Positions 19,278 to 28,594 are shown, numbered from the stretch's first letter. The stretch is 64,000 nucleotides of DNA from Candidatus Hadarchaeales archaeon (GCA_038851755.1 JAWCKR010000005.1:14409-78408); one strand, 5' to 3'. Made by a program: numbers and translations. Notes: generated by a model from the letters alone, not told the origin.

Positions 19278-19961
19278 TTGCTGAGCAGGACTAGGGAACT
19301 GGTAGAGGAGGCCAAAAGGTTTCACGGACATCTCTGTCCCTTCCTCTCTCTGGGAGTGAGAGCCTCCGAGATCGCCATGAAAAGGCTGGGGGTGAAAAGG
19401 GCCGGAGAGGGGGAAACGGTGGGGGAAAGGCTCCTGGCCCTAGTGGAGTGCAACAGCTGCTTCACGGACGGGGTACAGGTGGCCACGGGATGCACGCTGG
19501 GGAACAACTGCCTGATCTACCTGGATTTAGGGAAAACTGCAGTCACGCTGGTGAAGAGGGGGGAGTGGAAGGGGATAAGGGTGTGCGTGGACCCTGAGTA
19601 CCTCAGGGCGAAGCACTTCAGCAGGGAGGCGCTGGAACTCTTCGAGAAGGTGGTGAGCAGGAGGGAAGGAACGGAAGAGGAGGCAAGAAAACTGGGTGAG
19701 CTGTGGGAAGAGATAGGTTACAAGATGGCAGAACTCCCGGAGGAGGAGTTCAAGATCGAGGAAGTGGGGGTTAAGGAGCTGGAGCTGGCCCCCATCTTTG
19801 ACAGCGTGAGGTGCGAAGAATGTGGTGAGCTGGTCATGAAAACCAGGATCAAAAAAAGGGAAGGAAAGAACCTCTGCCTCGGTTGTGAAGGGAGGTGCAA
19901 CGCCGTGATGGGAAGGGGGATAGTGGTGGGAATGGAGGTACCCCTCAGGAGGGGAAGTTGA
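19278..19961 (+). CDS. FmdE/FwdE-family protein with C-terminal zinc finger
   Basis: FHGHLCP, CFTDGVQVATGCTLG, CEECGE...CLGC. Confidence 0.92.
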   Translation: MLSRTRELVEEAKRFHGHLCPFLSLGVRASEIAMKRLGVKRAGEGETVGERLLALVECNSCFTDGVQVATGCTLGNNCLIYLDLGKTAVTLVKRGEWKGIRVCVDPEYLRAKHFSREALELFEKVVSRREGTEEEARKLGELWEEIGYKMAELPEEEFKIEEVGVKELELAPIFDSVRCEECGELVMKTRIKKREGKNLCLGCEGRCNAVMGRGIVVGMEVPLRRGS

Positions 19962-21094
19962 TGGAGAAAGGAGGCCTGAACATCCCCGTGGTTTTGGTGG
20001 GCGCTCTCGCCCTCATTCTCCTCTCTTCCGCGGTCTTTCTCCTAATCAGTCCGGCGGAGAAAAAAGAAACTGTAGGACCTGTAGTAATCCAAGACCTTTT
20101 GGGAAGGGAAGTGGTAATACCCGAAAACCTCAGCAGGGTGGTGGCGGCGGGACCGGGCGCGCTCAGGCTTCTCTGCTACCTAGATGCCACCGACCTGCTC
20201 GTAGGTGTGGAGGAGGCGGAGAAGAACTGGGGCTTCACGGGCCGTGACTACGCCATGGCCTATGGCCAGCGGTTTGAGAACCTCCCTGTGATAGGCCCAG
20301 GAGGTCCGGGCAGACCCCCCTCTCCCGAACTACTGCTGGCCGTGCAGCCCCAGCTCATTCTCCTCTCCCCCACTTACGCCAGCATGTATGATCCCGACCG
20401 CCTCCAGAACGAAACCGGGGCCGTCGTGATGGTGACGGGGTACGGGGCTACCGGAGTGGCGCTGGAGGCCTTGGAAAACATGATCAGTACCCTGGGGAGG
20501 GCCCTCCGCAGGGAAGAAAGGGCCAAAGAGCTGGTGGATTTCATCGAGGGACTGCGCCGGGACTTGGACCTCAGAACCGCGGGTCTGGAAAACAGGCCGA
20601 GCGTTTACGTAGGTGCCATTTCCTACAAGGGGCCCCAGCCCTTCACCACCACCCAGTCGCCCTACCCTCCCCTCCAGCTCCTCAACACGCCAAGCATAGC
20701 GGATAACGCAACCAGTGGCGAACCACCCACCGTCGATTTCGAATTCATCCTCCAGAAGGATCCGAACTTCGTCTTCATAGACCAGAACAATCTGAACACC
20801 GTACTACAGGACTTCAACAAGGACCCGGCGAAGTACCGGCATCTCTCCGCCTTCCGAGAGGGGAGGGTTTACGGCCTTCTACCATACAACTACTATGCCA
20901 CCAACTTCAGCGTGGCCCTCGCCAACGCTTACTACTTGGGGAAAATACTATACCCAGACCGCTTCGCCGACGTGGACCCAGTGAAGAAAGCCGACGAAAT
21001 CTTCAGAACTTTTGTGGGTAAACCTCTCTACTCAGCCTACGAGAACGCCTATGGGGGCTTCCGCAACCTCTCCGCCCTCTTTCCACCTTCCTGA
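19961..21094 (+). CDS. Metal-chelate (Fe-siderophore/B12 family) ABC substrate-binding protein
   Basis: N-terminal TM anchor, DLLGREV, RVVAAGPGALR, LYPDRFADVDP. Confidence 0.88.
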   Translation: MEKGGLNIPVVLVGALALILLSSAVFLLISPAEKKETVGPVVIQDLLGREVVIPENLSRVVAAGPGALRLLCYLDATDLLVGVEEAEKNWGFTGRDYAMAYGQRFENLPVIGPGGPGRPPSPELLLAVQPQLILLSPTYASMYDPDRLQNETGAVVMVTGYGATGVALEALENMISTLGRALRREERAKELVDFIEGLRRDLDLRTAGLENRPSVYVGAISYKGPQPFTTTQSPYPPLQLLNTPSIADNATSGEPPTVDFEFILQKDPNFVFIDQNNLNTVLQDFNKDPAKYRHLSAFREGRVYGLLPYNYYATNFSVALANAYYLGKILYPDRFADVDPVKKADEIFRTFVGKPLYSAYENAYGGFRNLSALFPPS

Positions 21095-21097
21095 ATC

Positions 21098-22153
21098 ATG
21101 GACCCAAAGTTCAGAAGGCTAATCCGCAGGAAGAGGCTTGTCCTCCTCTTCCTGATCCTATTCGTCCTCCTCCTCATTCCCCTCTCCCTGAGCCTCGGCA
21201 CCTACAGGGCCTCGCCCCTCGACGTCCTGAGGGTGCTTCTCAGGCCCGACGGTAGTCCCCTCTCGACCGTCATCTGGGATCTACGGCTCCGGAGGATTCT
21301 GGCAGCCCTTCTCATAGGTGCGGTGCTTGGCTCCTCGGGAGCTGCCGTACAGGCCTCCATGAGGAACCCGCTCGCCTCCCCCTTCACCTTCGGCCTTTCC
21401 TTCGCTGCCTCTTTGGGAGTAGCGGTGGCTCTCCTCTTCATGCACGGCGGAAACGTGGGCAGGTTCACCATCTCCGTGTACAACCCCTTTCTAGTCTCCG
21501 CCTCCGCCTTCTCCTTTTCCCTCCTGCAAGTGGCCCTCATCCTCCTCCTCGCCCGCAGAGCCGGGCTTGACACCAGGGCCGTGATCCTCTCCGCTATCGC
21601 CATTTCCTTCCTCTACCAGGCCCTCCTCTACCTGCTGCAGTATTTCGTCCTCAACGAGGTCCTGGTCTCCACCGTGATTTTTTGGACCTTCGGGGATTTG
21701 GGGAGGGTAAGCTGGACGGAACTCTGGTTCCTCTCCCTACCCTCCCTGCTCCTTGTGCTCCCCTATTTCCTGTACCGCAGCTTGGACTACGACCTTCTGG
21801 CCAGCGGTGACGAACTCACCCGCTCGAGCGGGGTGAGCCCTGAAAGGATAAGACTGGAAACATGTATAGTGGCGGCCTTGGGCACGGCCCTGGCCACTTC
21901 CTTCGCGGGCATCATAGGTTTTGTTTGCCTAGTGGCACCTCACGCCTGTAGGCTTCTGTTGGGGGGAGGACACAGATACCTGATGCCAGCCTCCATGGTC
22001 ATGGGTGCCCTCATCCTCCTCCTCTCGGACACCGTGGGGAGAACCATCCTTTCGCCAACGATTATACCCGTGGGCATCATGACCTCGCTGGTGGGTGCCC
22101 CCCTCCTAGTCTACCTGCTCATGAGGGGTGGAAGGCTTGGCGGTGGATATTAG
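21098..22153 (+). CDS. FecCD/BtuC-family ABC permease
   Basis: RNPLASPFTFG, GIIGFVCLVAPH, IPVGIMTSLVGAP. Confidence 0.93.
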   Translation: MDPKFRRLIRRKRLVLLFLILFVLLLIPLSLSLGTYRASPLDVLRVLLRPDGSPLSTVIWDLRLRRILAALLIGAVLGSSGAAVQASMRNPLASPFTFGLSFAASLGVAVALLFMHGGNVGRFTISVYNPFLVSASAFSFSLLQVALILLLARRAGLDTRAVILSAIAISFLYQALLYLLQYFVLNEVLVSTVIFWTFGDLGRVSWTELWFLSLPSLLLVLPYFLYRSLDYDLLASGDELTRSSGVSPERIRLETCIVAALGTALATSFAGIIGFVCLVAPHACRLLLGGGHRYLMPASMVMGALILLLSDTVGRTILSPTIIPVGIMTSLVGAPLLVYLLMRGGRLGGGY

Positions 22154-22892
22154 AGTAAAGGGGGTGAGTGTCCTCTACCGGAGCTTCAGGGCCCTAGAGG
22201 GAGTCTCGCTGGAGGTGGGGGCAGGTGAAATCCTCTCGCTGGTGGGACCCAACGGGGCGGGAAAAACCACCCTCCTTAAGGTAATCGATGGAGTGCTGAG
22301 ACCCCACAGGGGAGTGGTGTTCTTGGACGGGAGAGCGGTGGGGGAGATGCCCAGGAGGGAGGTGGCGAGGAGAATGGGAATGGTGCCCCAAAAAACTCTG
22401 CCCACTGGGATGCTCACGGTCTTCGACTTCGTGCTGACCGGTAGAAGGCCATACATGAAATGGGCGCCTTCCAGAGAGGACGAGAAAAAAGCCTACGAGA
22501 GCCTTCGGAAGGTGGGAGCACTGCGGTTGGCAGGAAGAACGCTGGAGGAACTCAGCGGGGGGGAACTCCAGAGGGTGTACTTAGCCAGGGCACTGGCTGG
22601 GGATCCAGAAATCCTGTTGCTAGACGAGCCCACGGCAAACCTAGACCCCAAACATCAGCTGGAGACCCTGGAGCTGCTGGAAGAACTGCGCTCCCATGGT
22701 CTGTGCCTGGTTCTCGCCACCCATGACCTGACCCATGCTTACAGGGTTTCGGATAAAGTCCTCATGTTAAAAGGAGGCAGGGTCTTTGCCTTGGGTAGCC
22801 CGGAGGAAGTATTGACTCCGGGAAACCTCCTCAAGGTATACGGGGTGAGAATGCTCGTGCTGCCCACACACAGGATAATCGTGCCCGCGTGA
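22128..22892 (+). CDS. ABC ATP-binding protein (FecE/BtuD family)
   Basis: GPNGAGKTT, LSGGE, LLDEPT, HD; exact start uncertain (22128-22143). Confidence 0.93.
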   Translation: MEGLAVDIRVKGVSVLYRSFRALEGVSLEVGAGEILSLVGPNGAGKTTLLKVIDGVLRPHRGVVFLDGRAVGEMPRREVARRMGMVPQKTLPTGMLTVFDFVLTGRRPYMKWAPSREDEKKAYESLRKVGALRLAGRTLEELSGGELQRVYLARALAGDPEILLLDEPTANLDPKHQLETLELLEELRSHGLCLVLATHDLTHAYRVSDKVLMLKGGRVFALGSPEEVLTPGNLLKVYGVRMLVLPTHRIIVPA

Positions 22893-22933
22893 GGCATGGG
22901 TTTCCGTGTGCCGTGCTTTTCGCCCTCCGCAGC

Positions 22934-23518
22934 TCACTCCTCAGGAGATGAGAACCTGCGGTGGTAAATCCTTGCCAGTACACCCAGCACCGCCGGAACG
23001 AGGGCAAAGAAGAAGGGCCAGCCCAAGGACATTCTGAGCGGAAGGGTGATGGTCGTGTTCTCCATCTCCAGCACGGCGGTGGAGCTTCCCGAGAGGTAGG
23101 GCAGGCTGAAGCCCCGCAGTTCGGGGACCTTTCCTGCAAGGAAGTTGCCCAGCAAGGAAAGTGCCAAGAGCAGGACGAGGAAGCCTACCCACATCCAGAG
23201 CAGCTTGGTGGCCCCGAACTTCAGCAGCCTCCTCGACCACCACCTCTTGGGGTAGAGGGAAGCCAGGATAAGGAAGATCCCCGAGATGACGAGGGTGAGG
23301 GTGGCTCCCAGACATATGAAGCGCACGAGCGTAGAAGAAATGGGCTGATCCAGCGCCACCAGCCTGAAGCTGAAGGGGGAGAGGGAGAAGTCTACCGCTC
23401 CAGTACCCAGGGTCAGGCTCCACCAGGCGCCCAGGAAGGGCAGGAGGATCATGAGGGGGCCCGCCACCAGACCGAACCAGTTGGGGCCCTTCGGACCCCA
23501 CTTCAGGGAAAGCTTCAT
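22934..23518 (-). CDS. Hypothetical multi-pass membrane protein
   Basis: Four hydrophobic segments; ATGA overlap with upstream gene. Confidence 0.7.
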   Translation of the reverse strand: MKLSLKWGPKGPNWFGLVAGPLMILLPFLGAWWSLTLGTGAVDFSLSPFSFRLVALDQPISSTLVRFICLGATLTLVISGIFLILASLYPKRWWSRRLLKFGATKLLWMWVGFLVLLLALSLLGNFLAGKVPELRGFSLPYLSGSSTAVLEMENTTITLPLRMSLGWPFFFALVPAVLGVLARIYHRRFSSPEE

Positions 23519-24075
23519 CCCTCCACCTCCTGATAGACCTCCGTCGACTCCTCCACCGGCACCCTGAATTCTATGCCATAGACGTCCAGCGTGAAGTCTC
23601 CCCTAAGGTCCAGGCGGGCTTGCAGGTAGGAATCGGTCACGTGCTGCTCCAGCAGGTGGCGGGAACCCTCATGCGTGAAAATCAGGAGAAGCCTCAGGTT
23701 CTCCCTCGACTCCGGCTCGACCACCACAGCACTCTCCAGCCTCCCCTCCCCCACTTTGAAACCATCTTCCGAGCAGAAGACCTCTAGGGAGACCTCCTTC
23801 ATCCCGAGCCTGAAGGAATAGTGATTGGTGAGGGTGATGGACGAGACTAAAGGAGGGAGGTCGTTCTCCAGGGTCACCGGCCCCTGGAAGGCGGTACCCC
23901 CCGTCTCTATCGTCGGCTCCTTGCCCTCGGAGGTCAGGTCCTCGAAGGGGCCCAAGTCCCCCAGGAGGGTGGAGCGGAGGTCCCAGCCCTCCGATGCAAA
24001 GGCCGCTAGGAAGGGGCCTACCGAAAGTGCCAAGGAAAGAAGGAAGAGCCCGACGCGAAGCGCTCTTTCGCCCAC
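23515..24075 (-). CDS. Hypothetical membrane-anchored protein (LEA2-like beta sandwich possible)
   Basis: N-terminal TM then beta-rich pattern (ITLTNHYSF, VVVEPESRENL). Confidence 0.6.
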   Translation of the reverse strand: MGERALRVGLFLLSLALSVGPFLAAFASEGWDLRSTLLGDLGPFEDLTSEGKEPTIETGGTAFQGPVTLENDLPPLVSSITLTNHYSFRLGMKEVSLEVFCSEDGFKVGEGRLESAVVVEPESRENLRLLLIFTHEGSRHLLEQHVTDSYLQARLDLRGDFTLDVYGIEFRVPVEESTEVYQEVEG

Positions 24076-24117
24076 CCTTTCCCTCCCGGCAGAGGTTCGG
24101 CACCCGAGCTTTTAACC

Positions 24118-24693
24118 CTATTTGGCCCCTGCCCTCTCCACCAGGACCCTGAGCACGTCCGCCTTGGTGATGATGCCCCTCACCCTTCCCCTCTCCACCA
24201 CCAGCACGGCGGGGGCGTGCTCCAGCATCGAGAGGACGGCGGGGGCGGGGAGTTCTGGACCCACGGTGGGAAAGGGCCCACCCATCACCTCCATCACCCT
24301 TCTCCTCAGGAGTCCCTTTCCCTCCCCCTCCGCCACCTTCCTCATCACGTCGGCCTCGGAGAGGGACCCAACCTGGGTACCCTCCTCCAGCACGGGAAGC
24401 TGTGAAATGCCTTTAGCCTCCATGAGCTTCACCGCCTTCTCCACCAAATCGGCGGGTCTCACGTGAAAAACGGGAGAAGTCATCATCTCCCCCGCCCGAA
24501 GCAAGGGTTCTTCCTCTTGCTGGAGGAGCACGGAGGAAAGCCGCTCCAGGGTGGAGAGCTTGGGGTCGGCCTTGCCCGCCTCCATCTTCGCGATGTAAGC
24601 CTGGGTGAGACCCGTGAGTTCCGCCAGCTTGGCCTGGGTCAGGCCCCTCTTCAGGCGAAGGGCCCTGAGTTCGGACGGTCTGAGAAGCCTCAT
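24118..24693 (-). CDS. XRE HTH + CBS-pair transcriptional regulator
   Basis: GLTQAKLAELTGLTQAYIAKMEAGKADP then ISQLPV, GIITKAD. Confidence 0.92.
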   Translation of the reverse strand: MRLLRPSELRALRLKRGLTQAKLAELTGLTQAYIAKMEAGKADPKLSTLERLSSVLLQQEEEPLLRAGEMMTSPVFHVRPADLVEKAVKLMEAKGISQLPVLEEGTQVGSLSEADVMRKVAEGEGKGLLRRRVMEVMGGPFPTVGPELPAPAVLSMLEHAPAVLVVERGRVRGIITKADVLRVLVERAGAK

Positions 24694-24772
24694 ATTCCTA
24701 CAGGTTATTTCGGTGACCAAAAGTATATAGACCGCCCCTCCAAAACCCACGGGGGCTCCCGGGAGGCCGTCC

Positions 24773-25564
24773 TTGGACCAGCGAGCGGAGGAACTGCTCA
24801 CAAGGGGTGCCAGGTTCCTGCTCTCCTCCCGCTACGCCCTGGCCCTCACCGGAGCGGGGATGTCCACGGAGTCGGGAATCCCCGACTTCAGGGGGCCCTC
24901 CGGGATTTGGACGAGGCACCCCGAGGAGGAAGCCAGGGCTTACCTGCTCTACCCCAAGTTCCTCTCCGATCCCAAGGGATACTGGGAGGAGGTTCTGAGC
25001 AGGCCCTCGCCACTCGGGGACCTGCGCGCGTTCTCCCCCAACCCGGGGCACCTCGCCCTGGCCGAGCTGGAGAGGATGGGGATCCTCAAAGGGGTGATCA
25101 CCCAGAACATAGACGACCTCCACCGCAGGGCAGGAAGCGTGAAGTTGCTGGAGTACCACGGGAACGCCTTCAAGCTCAGGTGCTTGCGGTGCGGTGCCAG
25201 GTATCCCAGAGAGGGGTTCGACCTGGAGGGAATGAGGAGAAGGGGAGAACTGCCTCCCAGGTGCAGGTGCGGGTCCCCCCTGAAGTCCGATGTGGTCTAC
25301 TTCGGAGAACCCATCCCTGAAGACGTGATGAGGGAGAGCCTGGAGGAGGTAGGGAAGTGCGACCTCGTCCTCGTCTGCGGCACCTCGGCGGTGGTCTACC
25401 CCTTCGCCCACCTCCCGCGTCTGGCCAAGGAGAAGGGGGCTCTGCTGATGGAGGTGAACCTGGAGCCCACGCCCCTGACCGATTTCTCCGACCTCTCCCT
25501 TTTCGGGAGGGTGGGAGAAATCCTCCCAGCGCTGGTGGAGAGGGTGAAGAGGCTGAAGGGATAA
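24773..25564 (+). CDS. cobB: NAD-dependent protein deacylase (sirtuin)
   Basis: TGAGMSTESGIPDFRG, ITQNIDDLH, HG, CxxC, GTS. Confidence 0.95.
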   Translation: MDQRAEELLTRGARFLLSSRYALALTGAGMSTESGIPDFRGPSGIWTRHPEEEARAYLLYPKFLSDPKGYWEEVLSRPSPLGDLRAFSPNPGHLALAELERMGILKGVITQNIDDLHRRAGSVKLLEYHGNAFKLRCLRCGARYPREGFDLEGMRRRGELPPRCRCGSPLKSDVVYFGEPIPEDVMRESLEEVGKCDLVLVCGTSAVVYPFAHLPRLAKEKGALLMEVNLEPTPLTDFSDLSLFGRVGEILPALVERVKRLKG

Positions 25565-25588
25565 AAAGAGGGAAAACCACGGGGCGGG

Positions 25589-25846
25589 ATGGAGGAAGTC
25601 AGGAAGCAGCTGAAGAAGATAAGGAACGCGGGAATCCTCATGCTCTCGGCGGGGACTCTCCTGCTCCTCACGGGCGTTCTCCTGCTGAGGGGGGCGGAAA
25701 ACTCGGGAGCGGCCCTCCGGGACTCCTTCCTTTCCTTCCTGGGGGGCTTCATGGCCCTGCTGGGGGCAGGGATCCTCTACCACGTGTGGAAGGCGACACG
25801 GGCGCTTGTGAAAATGGGGTCGGGGACGGGGGGACCCGGTCACTGA
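25589..25846 (+). CDS. Small two-TM membrane protein
   Basis: Two hydrophobic segments. Confidence 0.65.
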   Translation: MEEVRKQLKKIRNAGILMLSAGTLLLLTGVLLLRGAENSGAALRDSFLSFLGGFMALLGAGILYHVWKATRALVKMGSGTGGPGH

Positions 25847-25879
25847 TACCTTTTTATACTGGACCTACAAGAGAGGCGC

Positions 25880-25941
25880 GGATATACCGTCTTCTGGATT
25901 CGTCCGGGAGACCCGAGAAACGCGAGTTTCTTGGTATATCC
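25880..25941 (+). ncRNA. Candidate cis-regulatory three-way-junction RNA in 5' UTR
   Basis: GGATATACC/GGTATATCC closing stem; UUCG- and GNRA-capped hairpins with G-U pairs; TATA ~25 nt upstream. Confidence 0.7.
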
Positions 25942-25969
25942 AACAAAAAAGAAGAAAGGAGGTTAGGAA

Positions 25970-26128
25970 ATGGACATGGGAAGAGGTCCCCGGCGGGGCT
26001 TCAGGCCTAGGGAAATGCACAAGGCCGTGTGCTCCGACTGCGGGAAGGAATGCGAGGTGCCCTTCAAGCCCACGGAGGGCAGGCCCGTCTACTGCAGGGA
26101 CTGCTGGGAAAAGCGCCGCAGGAGATAG
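25970..26128 (+). CDS. CxxC-x17-CxxC domain zinc-binding microprotein (52 aa)
   Basis: Hand translation MDMGRGPRRGFRPREMHKAVCSDCGKECEVPFKPTEGRPVYCRDCWEKRRRR; SD AGGAGGT. Confidence 0.92.
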   Translation: MDMGRGPRRGFRPREMHKAVCSDCGKECEVPFKPTEGRPVYCRDCWEKRRRR

Positions 26129-26184
26129 GCGGAAACGGAGTTGATCCGTTTCCGTGGCCTCTATTTTTTTTCTTTTCACTTTTT
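26129..26184 (+). terminator. Hairpin + T-tract terminator
   Basis: GCGGAAACGGA-GTTGA-TCCGTTTCCGT then T-runs. Confidence 0.75.
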
Positions 26185-26324
26185 GTCAATCCGTTATTTT
26201 GCTGCATCGCGGTTAGCTTTCCATTTTCTTCCACCTCTTTAAGAAACACTACTTTTGGAGATCTTACCCCATCGCCAAGCCCGCTTACTCTCTTTGAGAC
26301 CAGTGGATTCACAAGGCAGGGAGG

Positions 26325-26696
26325 TCATGACCCTTTAACCCGAAAGAACAGCCAGTTCTTCGGCTCCCCCTTCTTGAACCTCAGCAGGCAGTAGGTCCCC
26401 TTCAGCTTCTTCCCCCTCAGCTCGAAAACCAGCCTGTCCTCCCTCCTCTCCTTCAGCACGTACTCCCCCCTGTCCCAAATCTCCACCTCCCCCGCCCCGT
26501 ACTGCCCCTCCGGGATGATACCCTCGAAGTTTTCGTACCCCAGGGGATGGTCCTCCACCTGAACAGCTAGCCTCTTCACACCCTCCTCGCGCGGCGGCTC
26601 CTTGGGTACCGCCCAGCTCTTCAGCACGCCATCCATCTCCAGTCTCAGATCGTAGTGCAGACGCCTGGCCCTGTGCCTCTGGATGACGTAGATCAC
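26325..26696 (-). CDS. Stand-alone LigD 3'-phosphoesterase (PE) domain
   Basis: YVIQRHRARRLHYDLRLEMDGVLKSWAVPK, VEDHPLGY, YGAGEVEIWDRG. Confidence 0.93.
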   Translation of the reverse strand: MIYVIQRHRARRLHYDLRLEMDGVLKSWAVPKEPPREEGVKRLAVQVEDHPLGYENFEGIIPEGQYGAGEVEIWDRGEYVLKERREDRLVFELRGKKLKGTYCLLRFKKGEPKNWLFFRVKGS

Positions 26697-28594
26697 CTTC
26701 CCAGGACCTTCCTGGCCCAGGGGAGCTTACCCCCCACCCTGACGATTTCCTCTTCCTTCTCCGAGAGAGGGGAGGAAAGGACCATCCACTCTTCCCTGTA
26801 CTTTATCCTCACCTTACGGAGTTCGGCGGTTTCCACCCTCAACACCTCTTCCACCTGCAGCCTCTCGTACTGGGAAGAATCCAGCAGCAGGGGAAGCACC
26901 CCGAAGTTGATCAGGTTGTCCAGGTGGATGCGGGCGAAGGATTTAGCCAGCACCGCCCTCACCCCCAGGTACCTCAGGACCAGCGCGGCATGCTCCCTGC
27001 TGGACCCCTGCCCGTAGTTCTCTCCCCCCACCACGAAGCCTCCTCCCTCCTGCTTGGCCCTTGGGTAGAAGGTGGGGTCCAGGCGGGAGAAGGCGTATTT
27101 TGCGAGCTCCGGGAGGTTGCTCCGGAGGGGGAGGACCTCCGCCCCCGCCGGGAGGATGTGATCGGTGCTCACGTCCTCCCCCACCTTCAGCAGGACCTTG
27201 CCCTCCAGCACGGGGGGGAGGGGGGAGAACTCTGGGAGGGGACGGATGTTGGGTCCCCTCACCACCTCCACCCTATCCGCCTCCCCTAGAGGAAGAGGAG
27301 GGAGGAAGCCCGTGGAGGGAAGGAAGCGTCCTGGCATCCTCACCCTGGGATACCTGCCCATCCCCCTTGGATCCGTCAGCTTCCCCGTGAGGGCGGAGGC
27401 GGCCGCCACCTCTGGACTCACCAGGAAGACCCTGGCATCGGGAGTTCCGCTCCTCCCCTCGAAGTTGCGGTTGAAGGTCCTGAGGGAGGCCGCTCCCGAG
27501 GGAGGGGCACCCCCCATCCCTATGCAGGGACCGCAGGCACACTCCAGGATCCTGGCACCTGCCTGCAGGAGGTACCTCATCTCCCCGCTCTTCACCAGGT
27601 GCTCCACCACCTGCCTGGATCCCGGACTTATGAGCAGGTCCACCCCCTCGGCCACCTTTTTCCCCTTGAGCATGTGGGCCACCACCTTCAGGTCCCTGAG
27701 CGAAGAGTTGGTGCAGGAACCTATCACCACCTGCTGTACCTCCTCCCCCTCCACCTCCCTCACCGGCTTCACATTGCCCGGGCTGTGGGGGAGGGCCACC
27801 AGGGGCTCCAGCCTGTCCAGTTCCACCTCCTCCGCCTCCCCGTAACCTCCCTCCTCAGGAAGGGGAACCCAGTCACCCTCCCTCCCCTGTGCCCTGAGGA
27901 AGTGCCTGGTCACCCCGTCGCTGGGGAAGAGACTGGTGGTGGCACCCGTCTCCGTCCCCAGGTTGGTCACCGTGGCCCTCTCCGGAACGCTCAGTCCCCT
28001 CACCCCCGGTCCGAAGTACTCCAGCGCCTTCCCCCTCCCCCCTCTGACCCCGAGCCTCCTGAGCACCTCCAGGGCCAGGTCCTTGGCGGAGACCCACTCG
28101 GGAAGCCCGCCCGAGAGCCTGATTCCCAGCACTTCAGGATAGGTGAAGGAGTAGGGAAGGCCGGCCATGGCCAGGGCCACGTCCAGCCCACCCGCCCCTA
28201 TGGCCAGGCAACCCACCGCCCCGGCGGTGGGGGTGTGGCTGTCCGAGCCCAGGAGGGTCTTCCCTGGGGAGGCGAAGCGTTCCAGGTGGAGCTGGTGGCA
28301 GATGCCGTTGCCGGGTGGAGAGAAGTGAATTCCGTACCTCCTGGCCACCGAAAGCAGGTAACGGTGGTCATCAGCGTTCCTGAAGTCGGTCTGGAGGGTG
28401 TTGTGGTCCACGTAGCTCACGCTGAGCTCCGTCCTCACCCGCGGAAGCCCCAGCGCCTCAAACTCCAGGTACGCCAGCGTGCCCGTGGCATCCTGTGTGA
28501 GGGTCTGGTCCACCCTCACCGCCACCTCCTCACCGGGCGAGGGCCTGCCTTCGGCCAGGTGCTTCTTTACTATCCTCTCCAGCAGGGTCGCCAT
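26693..28594 (-). CDS. Aconitate hydratase (single chain, C-terminal swivel)
   Basis: TQDATG, GNGICHQ, GSDSHT, IGSCTN, CGPCIG, STDHI, NYGQGSSREHA. Confidence 0.93.
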   Translation of the reverse strand: MATLLERIVKKHLAEGRPSPGEEVAVRVDQTLTQDATGTLAYLEFEALGLPRVRTELSVSYVDHNTLQTDFRNADDHRYLLSVARRYGIHFSPPGNGICHQLHLERFASPGKTLLGSDSHTPTAGAVGCLAIGAGGLDVALAMAGLPYSFTYPEVLGIRLSGGLPEWVSAKDLALEVLRRLGVRGGRGKALEYFGPGVRGLSVPERATVTNLGTETGATTSLFPSDGVTRHFLRAQGREGDWVPLPEEGGYGEAEEVELDRLEPLVALPHSPGNVKPVREVEGEEVQQVVIGSCTNSSLRDLKVVAHMLKGKKVAEGVDLLISPGSRQVVEHLVKSGEMRYLLQAGARILECACGPCIGMGGAPPSGAASLRTFNRNFEGRSGTPDARVFLVSPEVAAASALTGKLTDPRGMGRYPRVRMPGRFLPSTGFLPPLPLGEADRVEVVRGPNIRPLPEFSPLPPVLEGKVLLKVGEDVSTDHILPAGAEVLPLRSNLPELAKYAFSRLDPTFYPRAKQEGGGFVVGGENYGQGSSREHAALVLRYLGVRAVLAKSFARIHLDNLINFGVLPLLLDSSQYERLQVEEVLRVETAELRKVRIKYREEWMVLSSPLSEKEEEIVRVGGKLPWARKVLGR

